NCBI GenBank assembly: GCA_964016885.1
Contig: OZ024740.1
Span: 429,102,001 to 429,166,000 of the forward strand
Length of the DNA: 64,000 nucleotides
Reading direction: 5' to 3'
DNA from: Eledone cirrhosa
Lineage: Eukaryota
The position numbers were made by a program, and so were the translations under genes. Positions 13,001 to 27,401 of the stretch are shown here, in pieces. The notes beneath the pieces were generated by a model that did not search any database, was not told where the DNA came from, and saw only the letters and a program-made list of their open reading frames with translations. Within the stretch, counting starts at the first letter, position 1, and every line of letters begins with the position of its first letter.

Positions 13001-16000
13001 GGTAGTGGTAGTAGTGGTAATGTGGGGGTAGTGGTAGTAGTGGTAATGTGGGGGTAGTGGTAGTAGTGGTAATGTGGGGCTAGTAGTAGTAGTGATAAAG
13101 TGGGGGTAGTGGTAGTAGTGATAATGTGGTAGTAGTGGTAGTAGTGGTAATATGGGGATAGTGGTAGTTGTGATAATGTGGGTGTAGTGGTAATAGTGGT
13201 AATATGGGGGTAGTGGTAGTAGTGATATTGTGGGTGTAGTGGTAGTAGTGGTAATGTGGAGGTAGTGGTAGTAGTGGTAATGTGGGAGTAGTGGTAGTAG
13301 TGGTAATGTAGCAGTAGCGGTAGTAGTGGTAATGTGGGGGTAGTGGTAGTAATGGTAATGTGGGGGTAGTGGCAGTAGTGATAATGTGGGGGTAGTGGTA
13401 GTAGTGATAATGTGGGGGTAGTGGTAGTAGTGGTAATGTGGGGGTAGTGGTAGTAGTGGTAATGTGGGGGTAGTGGTAATGTGGTGGTGCTGGTAGTAGT
13501 AATATTGTGGGGGTAGTGGTAGTAGTGATAATGTGGGAGTAGTGGTAGTAGAGATAATGTGGGGGTAGTGGTAGTAGTGGGAATGAGCGGGTAGTAGTAG
13601 TAGTGATAAGGTGGGGGTAGTGGTAGTAGTGATAATGTGGTAGTAGTGGTAGTAGTGGTAATGTGGGTGTCGTGGTAGTAGTGATAATGTGGTGGTGGTG
13701 GTAGTAGTGGTAATGTGGGGGTAGTGGTAGTAGTGGTAACGTGGGGGTAGTGGTAGTAGTGATAATGTGGGTGTAGTGGTAGTAGTGATAAGGTGGGGGT
13801 AGTGGTAGTAGTGATAATGTGGTAGTAGTGGTACTAGTGGTAATGTGAGTGTAGTGGTAGTAGTGGTAATGTGGTAGTAGTGGTAGTAGTGATAATGTGG
13901 TGGTAGTGGTAGTAGTGATAATGTGGGTGTAGTGGTAGTAGTGATAAGGTGGGGGTAGTGGAAGTAGTGATAATGTGGGTGTAGTGGTAGTAGTGATAAG
14001 GTGGGGGTAGTGGTAGTAGTGATAATGTGGTAGTAGTGGTACTAGTGGTAATGTGAGTGTAGTGGTAGTAGTGGTAATGTGGTAGTAGTGGTAGTAGTGA
14101 TAAGGTGGGGGTAGTGGTAGTAGTGATAATGTGGGTGTAGTGGTAGTAGTGATAAGGTGGGGGTAGTGGAAGTAGTGATAATGTGGAGGTAGTGCTAGTA
14201 GTGGTAATGTGGGGGTAGTGCTGGTAGTGGTAATGTGGGGGTAGTGGTAGTAGTGATAATGGGGATGTAGTGGTAGTAGTGATGATGTGGGAGTAGTGGT
14301 AGTAGTGGTAATGTGAGAGTAGTTGTAATAGTGCTAATGTGGGGTAGTGGTAGTAGTGGTAATGTGGATATAGTGGTAGTAATAGTAATGTGGGTATAGT
14401 GGTAGTAGTGGTAATTTGAGGGTAGTGGTAGTAGTGATAATGTGGGAGTACTGGTAGTATTGGTAATGTGGGGGTAGTGGTAGTAGTGATAATGTGGCGG
14501 TAGTGGTAGTAGTGGTAACGTGGGGGCAGTGGTAGTAGTGATAATGTGGGGGTAGTTGTAGTTGTGGTAATGTGGGAGTAGTGGTAGTAGTGGTAATGTG
14601 GGGGTAGTGGTAGTAGTGATAATGTGGTGGTAGTTGTAGTAGTGGTAATGTGGGAGTAGTGGTAGTAGTGGTAATATGAGGGTAGTGGTAGTAGTGATAA
14701 TGTGGGTGTAGTGGTAGTAGTGATAATGTGGTAGTAGTGGTAGTAATGGTAATATGGGGGTAGTGGTAGTAGTGATAATGTGGGTGTAGTGGTAGTAGTG
14801 GTAATATGGGGGTAGTGGTCTAGTTATAATGGGAGTGTAGTGGTAATAGTGATAATGTGGGGGTAGTGGTAGTAGTGGTAATGTGGGGGTAGTGGTAGTA
14901 GTGGTAATGTGGGGCTAGTAGTAGTAGTGATAATGTGGGGGTAGTGGTAGTAGTGGTAATGTGGGGCTAGTAGTAGTAGTGATAATGTGGGGGTAGTGGT
15001 AGTAGTGGTAATGTGGGGGTAGTGGCAGTAGTGGTAATGTGGGGGTAGTGGTAGTAGTGATAATGTGGGGGTAGTGGTAGTAGTGATAATGTGGGGGTAG
15101 TGGTAGTAGTGATAATGTGGGGGTAGTGGTAGTAGTGATAATGTGGGTGTAGTGGTAGTAGTTATAATGTGTGTGTAGTGGTAGTAGTGGTAATATGGGG
15201 GTAGTGGTAGCAGTGATAATGTGGGGGTAGTGGTAATAGTGGTAATGTGGGGGTAGTGGTAGTAGTGGTAATGTGGTAGTAGTGGTAATAGTGGTAATGT
15301 GGGCGTAGTGGTAGTAGTGATAATGTGGGGTAGTGGTAGTAGTGCTAATGTGGGGGTAGTGGTAGTAGTGATAATGTGGGAGTAGTGGTAGTAGTGATAA
15401 TGTGGGTGTAGTGGTAGTAGTGGTAATATGGGGGTAGTGGTAGTAGTGATAATGTGGTGGTAGTGGTAGTAGTAATAATGTGGTAGTAGTGATAATGTGG
15501 TAGTAGTGGTAGTAATGGCAATATGGGGGTAGTGGTAGTAGTGATAATGTGGGTGTAGTGGTAGTAGAGGTAATATGGGGGTAGTGATCTAGTTATAATG
15601 GGAGTGTAGTGGTAGTAATGATAATGTGGGGGTAGTGGTAGTAGTGGTAATGTGGGGGTAGTGGTAGTAGTGGTAATGTGGGGCTAGTAGTAGTAGTGAT
15701 AAAGTGGGGGTAGTGGTAGTAGTTATAATGTGGGTGTAGTGGTAGTAGTCGTAATGTGGGGTTAGTGGTAGTAGTGGTATTGTGGGAGTAGTGGTAGTAG
15801 TGGTAATATGGGAGTAGCAGTAGTAGTGGTAATGTGGTTGTAGTGGTAGTAGTTGTAATGTGGGGGTAGTGGTAGTAGTGATAATGTGGGGGCAGTGGTA
15901 GTAGTGATAATGTGGGGGTAGTCGTAGTAGTGCTAATGTGGGGGTAGTGGTAGTAGTGGTAATGTGGGTGTAGTGGTAGTAGTGGTAATGTGGGAGTAGT

Positions 16001-19000
16001 GGTAGTAGTGGTAATGTGGGAGTAGTGGTAGTAGAGATAATGTGGGGGTAGTGGTAGTAGTGGGAATGTAGGGGTAGTAGTAGTAGTGATAAGGTGGGGG
16101 TAGTGGTAGTAGTGATAATGTGGTAGTAGTGGTAGTAGAGGTAATGTGGGTGTCGTGGTAGTAGAGATAATGTGGTGGTGGTCGTGGTGGTAGTAGTGGT
16201 AATGTGGGGGTAGTGGTAGTAGTGGTAACGTTGGGGTAGTGGTAGTAGTGATAATGTGGGTGTAGTGCTAGTAGTGATAAGGTGGGGGTAGTGGTAGTAG
16301 TGATAATGTGGTAGTAGTGGTACTAGTGGTAATGTGAGTGTAGTGGTAGTAGTGGTAATGTGGTAGTAGTGGTAGTAGTGATAATGTGGGGGTAGTGGTA
16401 GTAGTGATAATGTGGCGGTAGTGGTAGTAGTTATAAGGTGGGGGTAGTGGTAGTAGTGATAATGTGGTAGTGGTGGTAGTAGTGGTAATGTGGGGGTAGT
16501 GGCAGTAGTGGTAATGTGGTGGTAGTGGTAGTAGTGATAATGTGGAGGTAGTGGTAGTAGTGGTAATGTGGGGGTTGTGCGAGTAGTGGTAATGTGGGGG
16601 TAGTGGTAGTAGTGGTAATGTGGGGGTAGTGGTAGTAGTGATAATGGGGATGTAGTGGTAGTAGTGATGATGTGGGAGTAGTGGTAGTAGTGGTAATGTG
16701 GGGGTAGTTGTAATAGTGCTAATGTGGGGGTAGAGGTAGTAGTGGTAATGTGGGGGTAGTGGTAGTAGTGGTAATGTGGATATAGTGGTAGTAGTGGTAA
16801 TGTGGGTATAGTAGTAGTAGTGGTAATTTGAGGGTAGTGGTAGTAGTGATAATGTGGGGGTAGTGGTAGTAGTGGTAATGTGGGGGTAGTGGTAGTAGTG
16901 GTAATGTGGGGGTAGTGGTAATGTGGTGGTGCTGGTAGTAGTAATATTGTGGGGGTAGTGGTAGTAGTGATAATGTGGGAGTAGTGGTAGTAGAGATAAT
17001 GTGGGAGTAGTGGTAGTAGTGGGAATGAGCGGGTAGTAGTAGTAGTGATAAGGTGGGGGTAGTGGTAGTAGTGATAATGTGGTAGTAGTGGTAGTAGTGG
17101 TAATGTGGGTGTCGTGGTAGTAGTGATAATGTGGTGGTGGTGGTAGTAGTGGTAATGTGGGGGTAGTGGTAGTAGTGGTAACGTGGGGGTAGTGGTAGTA
17201 GTGATAATGTGGGTGTAGTGGTAGTAGTGATAAGGTGGGGGTAGTGGTAGTAGTGATAATGTGGTAGTAGTGGTACTAGTGGTAATGTGAGTGTAGTGGT
17301 AGTAGTGGTAATGTGGTAGTAGTGGTAGTAGTGATAATGTGGTGGTAGTGGTAGTAGTGATAATGTGGGTGTAGTGGTAGTAGTGATAAGGTGGGGGTAG
17401 TGGAAGTAGTGATAATGTGGAGGTAGTGCTAGTAGTGGTAATGTGGGGGTAGTGCTGGTAGTGGTAATGTGGGGGTAGTGGTAGTAGTGATAATGGGGAT
17501 GTAGTGGTAGTAGTGATGATGTGGGAGTAGTGGTAGTAGTGGTAATGTGAGAGTTGTTGTAATAGTGCTAATGTGGGGGTAGTGGTAGTAGTGGTAATGT
17601 GGATATAGTGGTAGTAATAGTAATGTGGGTATAGTGGTAGTAGTGGTAATTTGAGGGTAGTGGTAGTAGTGATAATGGAGTACTGGTAGTATTGGTAATG
17701 TGGGGGTAGTGGTAGTAGTGATAATGTGGGGGTAGGGGTAGTAGTGATAATGTGGCGGTAGTGGTAGTAGTGGTAACGTGGGGGCAGTGGTAGTAGTGAT
17801 AATGTGGTGGTAGTTGTAGTTGTGGTAATGTGGGAGTAGTGGTAGTAGTGGTAATGTGGGGGTAGTGGTAGTAGTGATAATGTGGGGGTAGTTGTAGTAG
17901 TGGTAATGTGGGAGTAGTGGTAGTAGTGGTAATATGAGGGTAGTGGTAGTAGTGATAATGTGGGTGTAGTGGTAGTAGTGATAATGTGGTAGTAGTGGTA
18001 GTAATGGTAATATGGGGGTAGTGGTAGTAGTGATAATGTGGGTGTAGTGGTAGTAGTGGTAATATGGGGGTAGTGGTCTAGTTATAATGGGAGTGTAGTG
18101 GTAATAGTGATAATGTGGGGGTAGTGGTAGTAGTGGTAATGTGGGGGTAGTGGTAGTAGTGGTAATGTGGGGCTAGTAGTAGTAGTGATAATGTGGGGGT
18201 AGTGGTAGTAGTGGTAATTTGAGGGTAGTGGTAGTAGTGGTAATGTGGGAGCAGTGGTAGTAGTGATAATGTGGGGGTAGTTGTAGTAGTGGTAATTTGG
18301 GAGTAGTGGTAGTAGTGGTAATGTGGGGCTAGTAGTAGTAGTGATAAGGTGGGGGTAGTTGTAGTAGTGGTAATGTGGGAGTAGTGGTAGTAGTGGTAAT
18401 GTGGGGCTAGTAGTAGTAGTGATAAGGTGGGGGTAGTGGTAGTAGTGATAATGTGGTAGTAGTGGTCGTAGTGGTAATATGAGGGTAGTGTAGTAGTGAT
18501 AATGTGGGTGTAGTGGTAGTAGTGATAATGTGGTAGTAGTGATAATGTGGTAGTAGTGGTAGTAATGGTAATATGGGGGTAGTGGTAGTAGTGATAATGT
18601 GGGTGCAGTGGTTATATGGGGGTAGTGGTTTAGTTATAATGGGAGTGTAGTGGTAATAGTGATAATGTGGAGGTAGTGGTAGTAGTCATAATGTGGGGGT
18701 AGTGGTAGTAGTGGTAATGTGGGGCTAGTAGTAGTAGTGATAATGTGGAGGTAGTGGTAGTAGTGGTAATGTGGGGGTAGTGGCAGTAGTGGTAATGTGG
18801 GGGTAGTGGTAGTAGTGATAATGTGGGGGTAGTGGTAGTAGTGATAAGGTGGGGTTAGTGGTAGAAGTGATAATGTGGGGGTAGTGGTAGTAGTGATAAT
18901 GTGGGTGTAGTGGTAGTAGTTATAATGTGGGTGCAGTGGTAGTAGTGGTAATATGGGGGTAGCGGTAGTAGTGGTAATGTGGGCGTAGTGGTAGTAGTGA

Positions 19001-22000
19001 TAATGTGGGGGTAGTGGTAGTAGTGATAACGTGGGAGTAGGGGTAGTAGTGATACTGTGGGGCTAGTGGTAGTAGTGATAACGTGGGAGTAGGGGTAGTA
19101 GTGATAATGTGGGGGTAGTGGTAGTAGTGATAATGTGGGGGTAGTGGTAGTAGTGATAATGTGGGTGTAGTGGTAGTAGTGATACTGTGGGGCTAGTGGT
19201 AGTAGTGATAACGTGGGAGTAGGGGTAGTAGTGATAATGTGGGGGTAGTGGTAGTAGTGATAATGTGGGTGTAGTGGTAGTAGTGATAATGTGGTAGTAG
19301 TGGTAGTAGTGGTAATGTGGGAGTAGTGGTAGTAGTGGTAATGTGGGCGTAGTGGTAGTAGTGATAATGTGGGGGTAGTGGTAGCAGTGATAATGTGGGG
19401 GTAGTGGTAGTAGTGATAGTGTGGTAGTAGTGATAATGTGGTGGTAGGGGCAGTAGTGCTAATGTGAGGGTAGTGGTAGTAGTGGTAATGTGGGTGTAGT
19501 GGTAGTAGTGGTAATATGGTGGTGGTGGTGGTAGTAGTGATACTGTGGGGGTAGTGGTAGTAGTGATAACGTGGGAGTAGTGGTAGTAGTGATAATGTGG
19601 GTGTAGTGGTAGTAGTGGTAATATGGTGGTGGTGGTGGTAGTAGTGATACTGTGGGTGTAGTGGTAGTAGTGATAACGTGGGAGTAGTGGTAGTAGTGAT
19701 AATGTGGTAGTAGTGGTAGTAGTGGTAATATGGGGGTAGTGGTAGTTGTGATAATGTGGGTGTAGTGGTAGTAGTGATAATGTGGAGGTAGTGGTAGTAG
19801 TAATAATGTGGTAGTAGTGATAATGTGGTAGTAGTGGTAGTAATGGTAATATGGGGGTAGTGGTCGTAGTGATAATGTGGGTGTAGTGGTACTAGTGGTA
19901 ATGTGGGGCTAGTAGTAGTAGTGATAAAGTGGGGGTAGTGGTAGTAGTTATAATGTGGGTGTAGTGGTAGTAGTGGTAATGTGGGAGTAGTGGTCTAGTT
20001 ATTATGGGAGTGAAGTGGTAGTAATGATAATGTGGGGGTAGTGGTAGTAGTGGTAATGTGGGGGTAGTGGTAGTAGTGGTAATGTGGGGCTAGTAGTAGT
20101 AGTGATAAAGTTGGGGTAGTGGTAGTAGTTATAATGTGGGTGTAGTGGTAGTAGTGGTAATGTGGGTGTAGTGGTAGTAGTGGTAAAGTGGGAGTAGTGG
20201 TAGTAGTGATAATGTGGGGGTAGGGGTAGTAGTGATAATGTGGGGGTAGTGGTAATAGTGGTAATGTGGGAGTAGTGGTAGTAGTGATAATGTGGTAGTA
20301 GTGGTAGTAGTGGTAATGTGGGAGTAGTGGTAGTAGTGGTAATGTGGGTGTAGTGGTAGTAGTGGTAATGTGGGAGTAGTGGTAGTAGTGGTAATGTGGG
20401 AGTAGTGGTAGTAGTGATAATGTGGTAGTAGTGATAATGTGGTGGTAGGGGTAGTAGTGCTAATGTGGGGGTAATGGTAGTAGTGGTAATGTGGGGGTAG
20501 TGGTAGTAGTGGTAATGTGGTGGTGGTGGTAGTAGTGATACTGTGGGGGTAGTGGTAGTAGTGATAACGTGGGAGTAGTGATAACGTGGGAGTAGTGGTA
20601 GTAGTGATAATGTGGGTGTAGTGGTAGTAGTGGTAATATGGGGGTAGTGGTAGTAGTGATAATGTGGTTGTAGTGGTAGTAATGATAATGTGGTAGTAGT
20701 GATAATGTGGTAGTAGTGGTACTAATGGTAATATGGGGGTAGTGGTAGTAGTGATAATGTGGGTGTAGTGGTAGTAGTGATAATGTGGGTGTAGTGGTAG
20801 TAGTGGTAATATGGGGGTAGTGGTAGTAGTGATAATGTGGTTGTAGTGGTAGTAATGATAATGTGGTAGTAGTGATAATGTGGTAGTAGTGGTAGTAATG
20901 GTAATATGGGGGTAGTGGTAGTAGTGATAATGTGGGTGTAGTGGTATTAGTGATAATGTGGGGGTAGTGGTAGTAGTGGTAATGAGGGGCTAGTGGTAGT
21001 AGTGGTAATGTGGGGCTAGTAGTAGTAGTGATAAAGTGGGGGTAGTGGTAGTAGTGATAATGTGGTAGTAGTGGTAGTAGACGTAATATGGGGGTAGTGG
21101 TAGTTGTGATAATGTGGGTGTAGTGGTAGTAGTGGTAATATGGGGGTAGTGGTAGTAGTGATAATGTGGTGGTAGTGGTAGTAGTAATAATGTGGTAGTA
21201 GTGATAATATGGTAGTAGTGATAATGTGGTAGTAGTGGTAGTAATGGTAATATGGGTGTAGTGGTAGTAGTGGTAATGTGGGTGTAGTGGTAGTAGTGGT
21301 AATGTGGGTGTAGTGGTAGTAGTGGTAACGTGGGAGTAGTGGTAGTAGTGGTAATGTGGGAGTAGTGGTCTAGTTATTATGGGAGTGTAGTGGGAGTAGT
21401 GGTAATGTGGGTGTAGTGGTAGTAGTGGTAATGTGGGAGTAGTGGTAGTAGTGATAATGTGGGAGTAGCGGTAGTAGTGGTAATGTGGTGGTAGTGGTAG
21501 TGGTAGTAGTGGTGATGTGGGGGTAGTGGTAGTAGTGATATTGTGGGGGTAGTAGTAGTAGTGATAATGTGGGGGTAGTGGTAGTAGTGCTAATGTGGGG
21601 GTAGTGGTAGTTTGTGGTAATGTGGGGGTAGTGGTAGTAGTGGTAATGTGGTGGTGGTGCTAGTAGTGATACTGTGGGGGTAGTGGTAGTAGTGATAACG
21701 TGGGGGTAGTGGTAGTAGTGATAAGGTGGGGGTAGTGGTAATAGTGATAATATGGTAGTATTGGTAGTAGTGGTAATGTGGGGGTAGTGGCAGTAGTGGT
21801 AATGTGGTGGTAGTGGTAGTAGTGATAATGTGGAGGTAGTGGTAGTAGTGGTAATGTGGGGGTGGTGCGGGTAGTGGTAATGTGGGGGTAGTGGTAGTAG
21901 TGATAATGGGGATGTAGTGGTAGTAGTGATGATGTGGGAGTAGTGGTAGTAGTGGTAATGCGGGGGTAGTTGTAATAGTGCTAATGTGGGGGTAGTGGTA

Positions 22001-24588
22001 GTAGTGGTAATGTGGGGGTAGTGGTAGTAGTGGTAATGTGTGTATAGTGGTAGTAGTGGTAATTTGAGGGTAGTGGTAGTAGTGATAATGTGGGAGTACT
22101 GGTAGTAGTGGTAATGTGGGGGTAGTGGTAGTACTGGTAATTTGAGAGTAGTGGTAGTAGTGATAATGTGGCGGTAGTGGTAGTAGTAGTAATGTGGGAG
22201 TAGTGGTAGTAGTGATAATGTGGGGGTAGTTGTAGTAGTGGTAATGTGGGGGTAGTTGTAGTAGTGCTAATGTGGGGCTAGTAGTAGTAGTGATAAAGTG
22301 GGGGTCTTGGTAGCAGTGATAATGTGGTAGTAGTGGTAGTAGTGGTAATGTGGGGGTAGTGGTAGTAGTGATAATGTGGGTGTAGTGGTAGTAGTGGTAA
22401 TATGGGGGTAGTGGTAGTAGTGATAATGTGGTGGTAGTGGTAGTAGTGATAATGTGGTAGTAGTGACAATGTGGTAGCAGTGGTAGTAATGGTAATATGG
22501 GGGTAGTGGTAGTAGTTATAATGTGGGTGTAGTGGTAGTAGTGGTAATATGGGGGTAGTGGTCTAGTTATAATGGGAGTGTAGTGGTAGTAGTGATAATG
22601 TGGGGGTAGTGGTAGTAGTGGTAATGTGGGGCTAGTAGTAGTAGTGATAATGTGGGGGTAGTGGTAGTAGTGGTAATGTGGGGGTAGTGGCAGTAGTGCT
22701 AATGTGGGGGTAGTGGTAGTAGTGATAATGTGGGGATAGTGGTAGTACTGGTAATGTGGGGTTAGTGGTAGTAGTGGTAATGTGGTAGTAGTGGTAGTAG
22801 TGGTAATGTGGGAGTAGTGGTAGTAGTGGTAACGTGGGAGTAGTGGTAATGTGGGATTAGTGGTAGTAGTGGTAATGTGGGCGTAGTGGTAATGTGGGCG
22901 TGGTGGTAGTAGTGACAATGTGGGGGTAGTGGTGGTAGTGATAATGTGGGGGTAGTGGTAGTAGTGCTAATGTGGGGGTATTGGTAGTAGTGGTAGTAGT
23001 GGTAATGTGGGGGTAGTGGTAGTAGTGGTAATGTGGTGGTGGTGGTAGTAGTGATACTGTGGGGGTAGTGGTAGTAGTGATAATGTGGGAGTAGTGGTAG
23101 TAGTAATAATGTGGGTGTAGTGGTAGTAGTGGTAATACGGTGGTAGTGGTAGTAGTGATAATGTGGTAGTAGTGATAATGTGGTAGTAGTAGTAGTAGTA
23201 ATGGTAATATGGGGGTAGTGGTAATAGTGATAATATGGGTGTAGTGGTAGTAGTGGTAATATGGGGGTAGTAGTAGTAGTGATAAAGTGGGGGTAGTGGT
23301 AGTAGTAATAATGTGGTAGTAGTGATAATGTGGTAGTAGTGGTAGTAGTGGTAATATGGGGGTAGTGGTAGTAGTGATAATGTGGGTGTAGTGGTAGTAG
23401 TGGTAATATGGGTGTAGTGGTAGTAGTGATAATGTGGTGGTAGTGGTAGTAGTGATAATGTGGTAGTAGTGGTAGTAATGGTAATATGGGGCTAGTAGTA
23501 GTAGTGATAATGTGGGGGTAGTGGTAGTAGTGGTAATGTGGGAGTAGTGGTAGTAGTGGTAATGTGGGCGTAGTGGTAGTAGTGATAATGTGGGGGTAGT
23601 GGTAGTAGTGGTAATGTGGGCGTAGTGGTAGTAGTAGTAGTAATGTGGGGGTAGTGGTAGTAGTGGTAATGTGGTGGTGGTGGTAGTAGTGATACTGTGG
23701 GGGTAGTGGTAGTAGTGATAATGTGGGAGTAGTGGTAGTAGTGATAATGTGGTGTTAGTGGTAGTAGTGGTAATGTGGGTGTAGTGGTAGTAGTGATAAT
23801 ATGGTGGTGGTGGTAGTAGTGGTAATGTGGGGGTAGTGGTAGTAGTGGTAACGTGGGGGTAGTGGTAGTAGTGATAATGTGGGTGTAGTGGTAGTAGTGA
23901 TAATGTGGTAGTAGTGGTAGTAGTTTTAATGTGAGTGTAGTGGTAGTAGTGGTAATGTGGTAGTAGTGGTAGCAGTAATAATGTGGGGGTAGTGGTAGTA
24001 GTGATAATGTGGTAGTAGTGGTAGTAGTGGTAATGTGAGTGTAGTGGTAGTAGTGGTAATGTGGTAGTAGTGGTAGTAGTGATAATGTGGTAGTAGTGGT
24101 AGTAGTGGTAATGTGGGGGTAGTGGCAGTAGTGGTAATGTGGGGGTAGTGGTAGTAGTGATAATGTGGAGGTAGTGGTAGTAGTGGTAATGTGGGGGTAG
24201 TGCTGGTAGTGGTAATGTGGGGGTAGTGGTAGTAGTGGTAATGTGGATATAGTGGTAGTAGTGGTAATGTGGGGCTAGTGGTAGTAGTGGTAATGTGGGT
24301 GTAGTGGTAGTAGTTATAATGTGGGCTTAGTGGTAGTAGTGATAATGTGGGGGTAGTGGTAGTAGTGATAATGTGGGAGTAGCGGTAGTAGTGATAATGT
24401 GGGGGTAGTGGTGGTAGTGATAATGTGGGTGTAGTGGTAGTAGTGATAATGTGGGTGTAGTGGTAGTAGTGATAATGTGGGGGTAGTGGTGGTACTGATA
24501 ATGTGGAGGTAGTGGTAGTAGTGATAATGTGGGGGAGTGGTAGTAGTAGTAGTAGTGGTAGCAGTAGTAGTGGTAATGTGGGGGAGTG

Positions 24589-24660
<72 letters not shown>

Positions 24661-24665
24661 ATAAT
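10050..24665. repeat. 14.6-kb 26-bp satellite (TAATGTGGGGGTAGTGGTAGTAGTGA), about 560 units, with higher-order structure
   Basis: Direct reading. The 26-aa period of the spurious ORFs equals 3 units. The array decays into (TAG)n at the right end. Confidence 0.97.
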
Positions 24666-24757
24666 GTGTGTGATGCTGTTTTTGACAGACGCGCGACATC
24701 GAAGATTTAATTATGCAACGCAATCTGATTCTTGAAAGAAAATAAATATGAACTCCA

Positions 24758-25120
24758 GCACCACTACCACCACCACCAACCCTACACCACCACTACCACC
24801 ACCAGCACTACACCACCACTTCCACCACCACTACCACCACTTCTCTTACCACCACCACCATTACCACCAGCACACCCCTACCACCACCACCACCACCACC
24901 ACCACCACCACCACAACCACCCCCTCACCGCCACCACCACTACCACCACCACCAGTACCACCACTGTCCCCACCACTACCACCACCAGCACCACCGCTAC
25001 CACCACCACCACAACCACTACCACCAGCACCACCATCACTACCACCAACACCACCACCACCACCAGTACCACCTCGACCACCGCCACTACCACGTGTGGT
25101 AATCACTCCACCACTACTAA
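24758..25120. repeat. (CCA/CTA)n trinucleotide repeat
   Basis: Direct reading. Confidence 0.9.
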
Positions 25121-25504
25121 GGCATTGGAATCCGCTGGCCGGCTGAGAACAAAATACCTGTTGATGAAATGGCAACCTTGTTCGATCGTTATACCAAAAG
25201 CTTACAATGAAAGCAGGCAGTATAATTGATTTAGGTGTCACAGAAACCTTCCACTTGATTATACCATCAATTTCCAGAATGTCCAGGTAAATTCTTTTGT
25301 TTAACCTGCTTAGCTTGCTTCGTATTTTCGGCTCCGGTGGCTGATAGCTTCACGACCGCCGTTTTCAGTTTGTTTGGCCTCTATAACGTATGTTAATTGT
25401 TCTGGTCTTCTTTTAGTCCATTGAGCGCTTGCCACATACCTCGAAAATTGTGTTTCGCTTTGTTTTTGACCACAGCCAAAATGCGAACTCTCTGAAATTA
25501 TATT

Positions 25505-25579
<75 letters not shown>

Positions 25580-25609
25580 ACATGCATACACGTATATACA
25601 TATTTACTC

Positions 25610-26883
25610 ATTTTTCGATGCCGTTGACTCTTATGAGTTCTTCCGCCCTTTGTCAGGTTTTCCCTATTGTCCCGCAGGGTGTCCAAAATCCCCTCCTCAC
25701 TAAGTAAACTTAGTGGGGTCGCCGGTTTAGTCACCGACGACCCGACCATGTGACAGGTTGTACTGGGTTACATGTTACCAGTAGCACTCAAGAGTGACCC
25801 GACATACATACATACATACATGGTGGCTTCCAACTCGTTTTCGAGTACGGCCACTACTTTATATCCATGTAGGAGAACCCCTACCGATGCGCTGAACGAC
25901 TGTGACTTTTTAGTCCAGCCAGCGACTTGAAAACTCTGGTACAAACACTACACTTGTGACAATTATTGACACATAGTGCTGGGCCCATGGTACCTTGTGA
26001 CGACAAGTGCAGAGAGATCTCCAGATATAAAGCAATGCCTGTGCCGTGAAGCTTTTATAGTGAGCAAAGGCACTGCACAAAGCCAGTCCCACTCTCTTAA
26101 CCAAGATGATATTTACCAAAAAGAAGAACAAGTCAACATCATTGGATACCATCTGGGTTGCAGGTGTTATATCAGAGTTTTCCTTCTCCTAGAATTCTGC
26201 CTTGACAAAGGCTAAGGGGTCAATCTCTCCCGGTGATTTTGGATGGCCATTGACTCTTAAGAGCTCCTTTGCCCTTTGACAGGTTTTGTTTTTAGTCCTG
26301 CAGGATGTCCAAAGTCACCCTCCTCACCAAGAAACCTTGGTGGGGTTGCCAGTTTAGTCGCCAACGACCCGACCATGAGACGGGTTGTACTGGGATACAT
26401 GTTACCAGTAGCACCAGCTGGTGACCTGACATACATACATACATACATGGTGGCTGCCAACTCGTTTTCGAGTATGGCCACTACTTTATATCCATGTAGG
26501 AGAACTCCTACCGATGCGCTGAACGAATGTGACTTTAGTCCAGCCAGCGACTTGAAAACTCTGGTAAAAACACTACACTTGTGACAATTATTGACACATA
26601 GTGCTAGGCCCATGGTACCATGTGACGACAAGTGCAGAGAGATCTCCCGATATAAAGCAATGCCTGTGCCGTGAAGCTTTTATAGTGAGCAAAGACACTG
26701 CACAAAGCCAGTCCCACTCTCTTAACCAAGATGATATTTACCAAAACCATGGGACAGGTTGTACTGGAATACATGTTACCAGTAGCACCAAGTGGTGACC
26801 TGACATACATACATACATACATACATACATACATACATACATACATACATACATACATACATACATACATACATACATACATA
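25610..26883 (-). mobile_element. Head-to-tail trimer of RTE-derived non-autonomous elements separated by (CATA)n
   Basis: Divergent 5' fragment at about 25610-25803, full copy at 25803-26430, and an internally deleted copy at 26431-26804 (junction about 26746). Each starts GTC(A/G)GGTCAC on the minus strand. Confidence 0.8.
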
Positions 26884-27197
26884 GGAAAAAGAAGTTGAAA
26901 ATGCAATTGGAGTTTTTTAAAATGTTTATTTACAATAATTTAAAACTTTACTAGTTTCACAAGTTTCATGGCTTTCAAAAGTTAACAGATGAAGAGATGT
27001 GACTTGTAACTCGCTTGTGAGTTACAATTCAGCATAGCAACACATCTCTCCATCTTTCTTAACTCTTGAAAGTCATGAAACTTGTGAAACCGGTAAGGTT
27101 TTAAATTATTGTAAATAAACATTTTTAAAGACTCCAATTGCATTTTCAACTTCTTTTTCCTATATTTTCCCGTATGGGATATATTAAGAAAAGCTTA

Positions 27198-27200
<3 letters not shown>
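26881..27200. mobile_element. Diverged foldback insertion with U3-A8 hammerhead variants
   Basis: Arms at about 26881-27000 and 27041-27164. Minus arm aactt-TTGAAAG-..-GAAA-ctag-TA-aagtt. Plus arm TTGAAAG at 27066..GAAA-ccgg-TA. Homologue at 59440-59620. Confidence 0.75.
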
Positions 27201-27263
<63 letters not shown>

Positions 27264-27308
27264 CGGAACATAAGTCAATTGCATGAACTCATAATCCTTT
27301 ATTTACTG

Positions 27309-27401
<93 letters not shown>

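Noticed and set aside
11041-24723. His/Tyr/Thr/Pro-rich ORFs resembling extensin or mucin
   Set aside because: The 26-bp unit is not a multiple of 3, so every frame cycles the same peptide. Satellite artefact.
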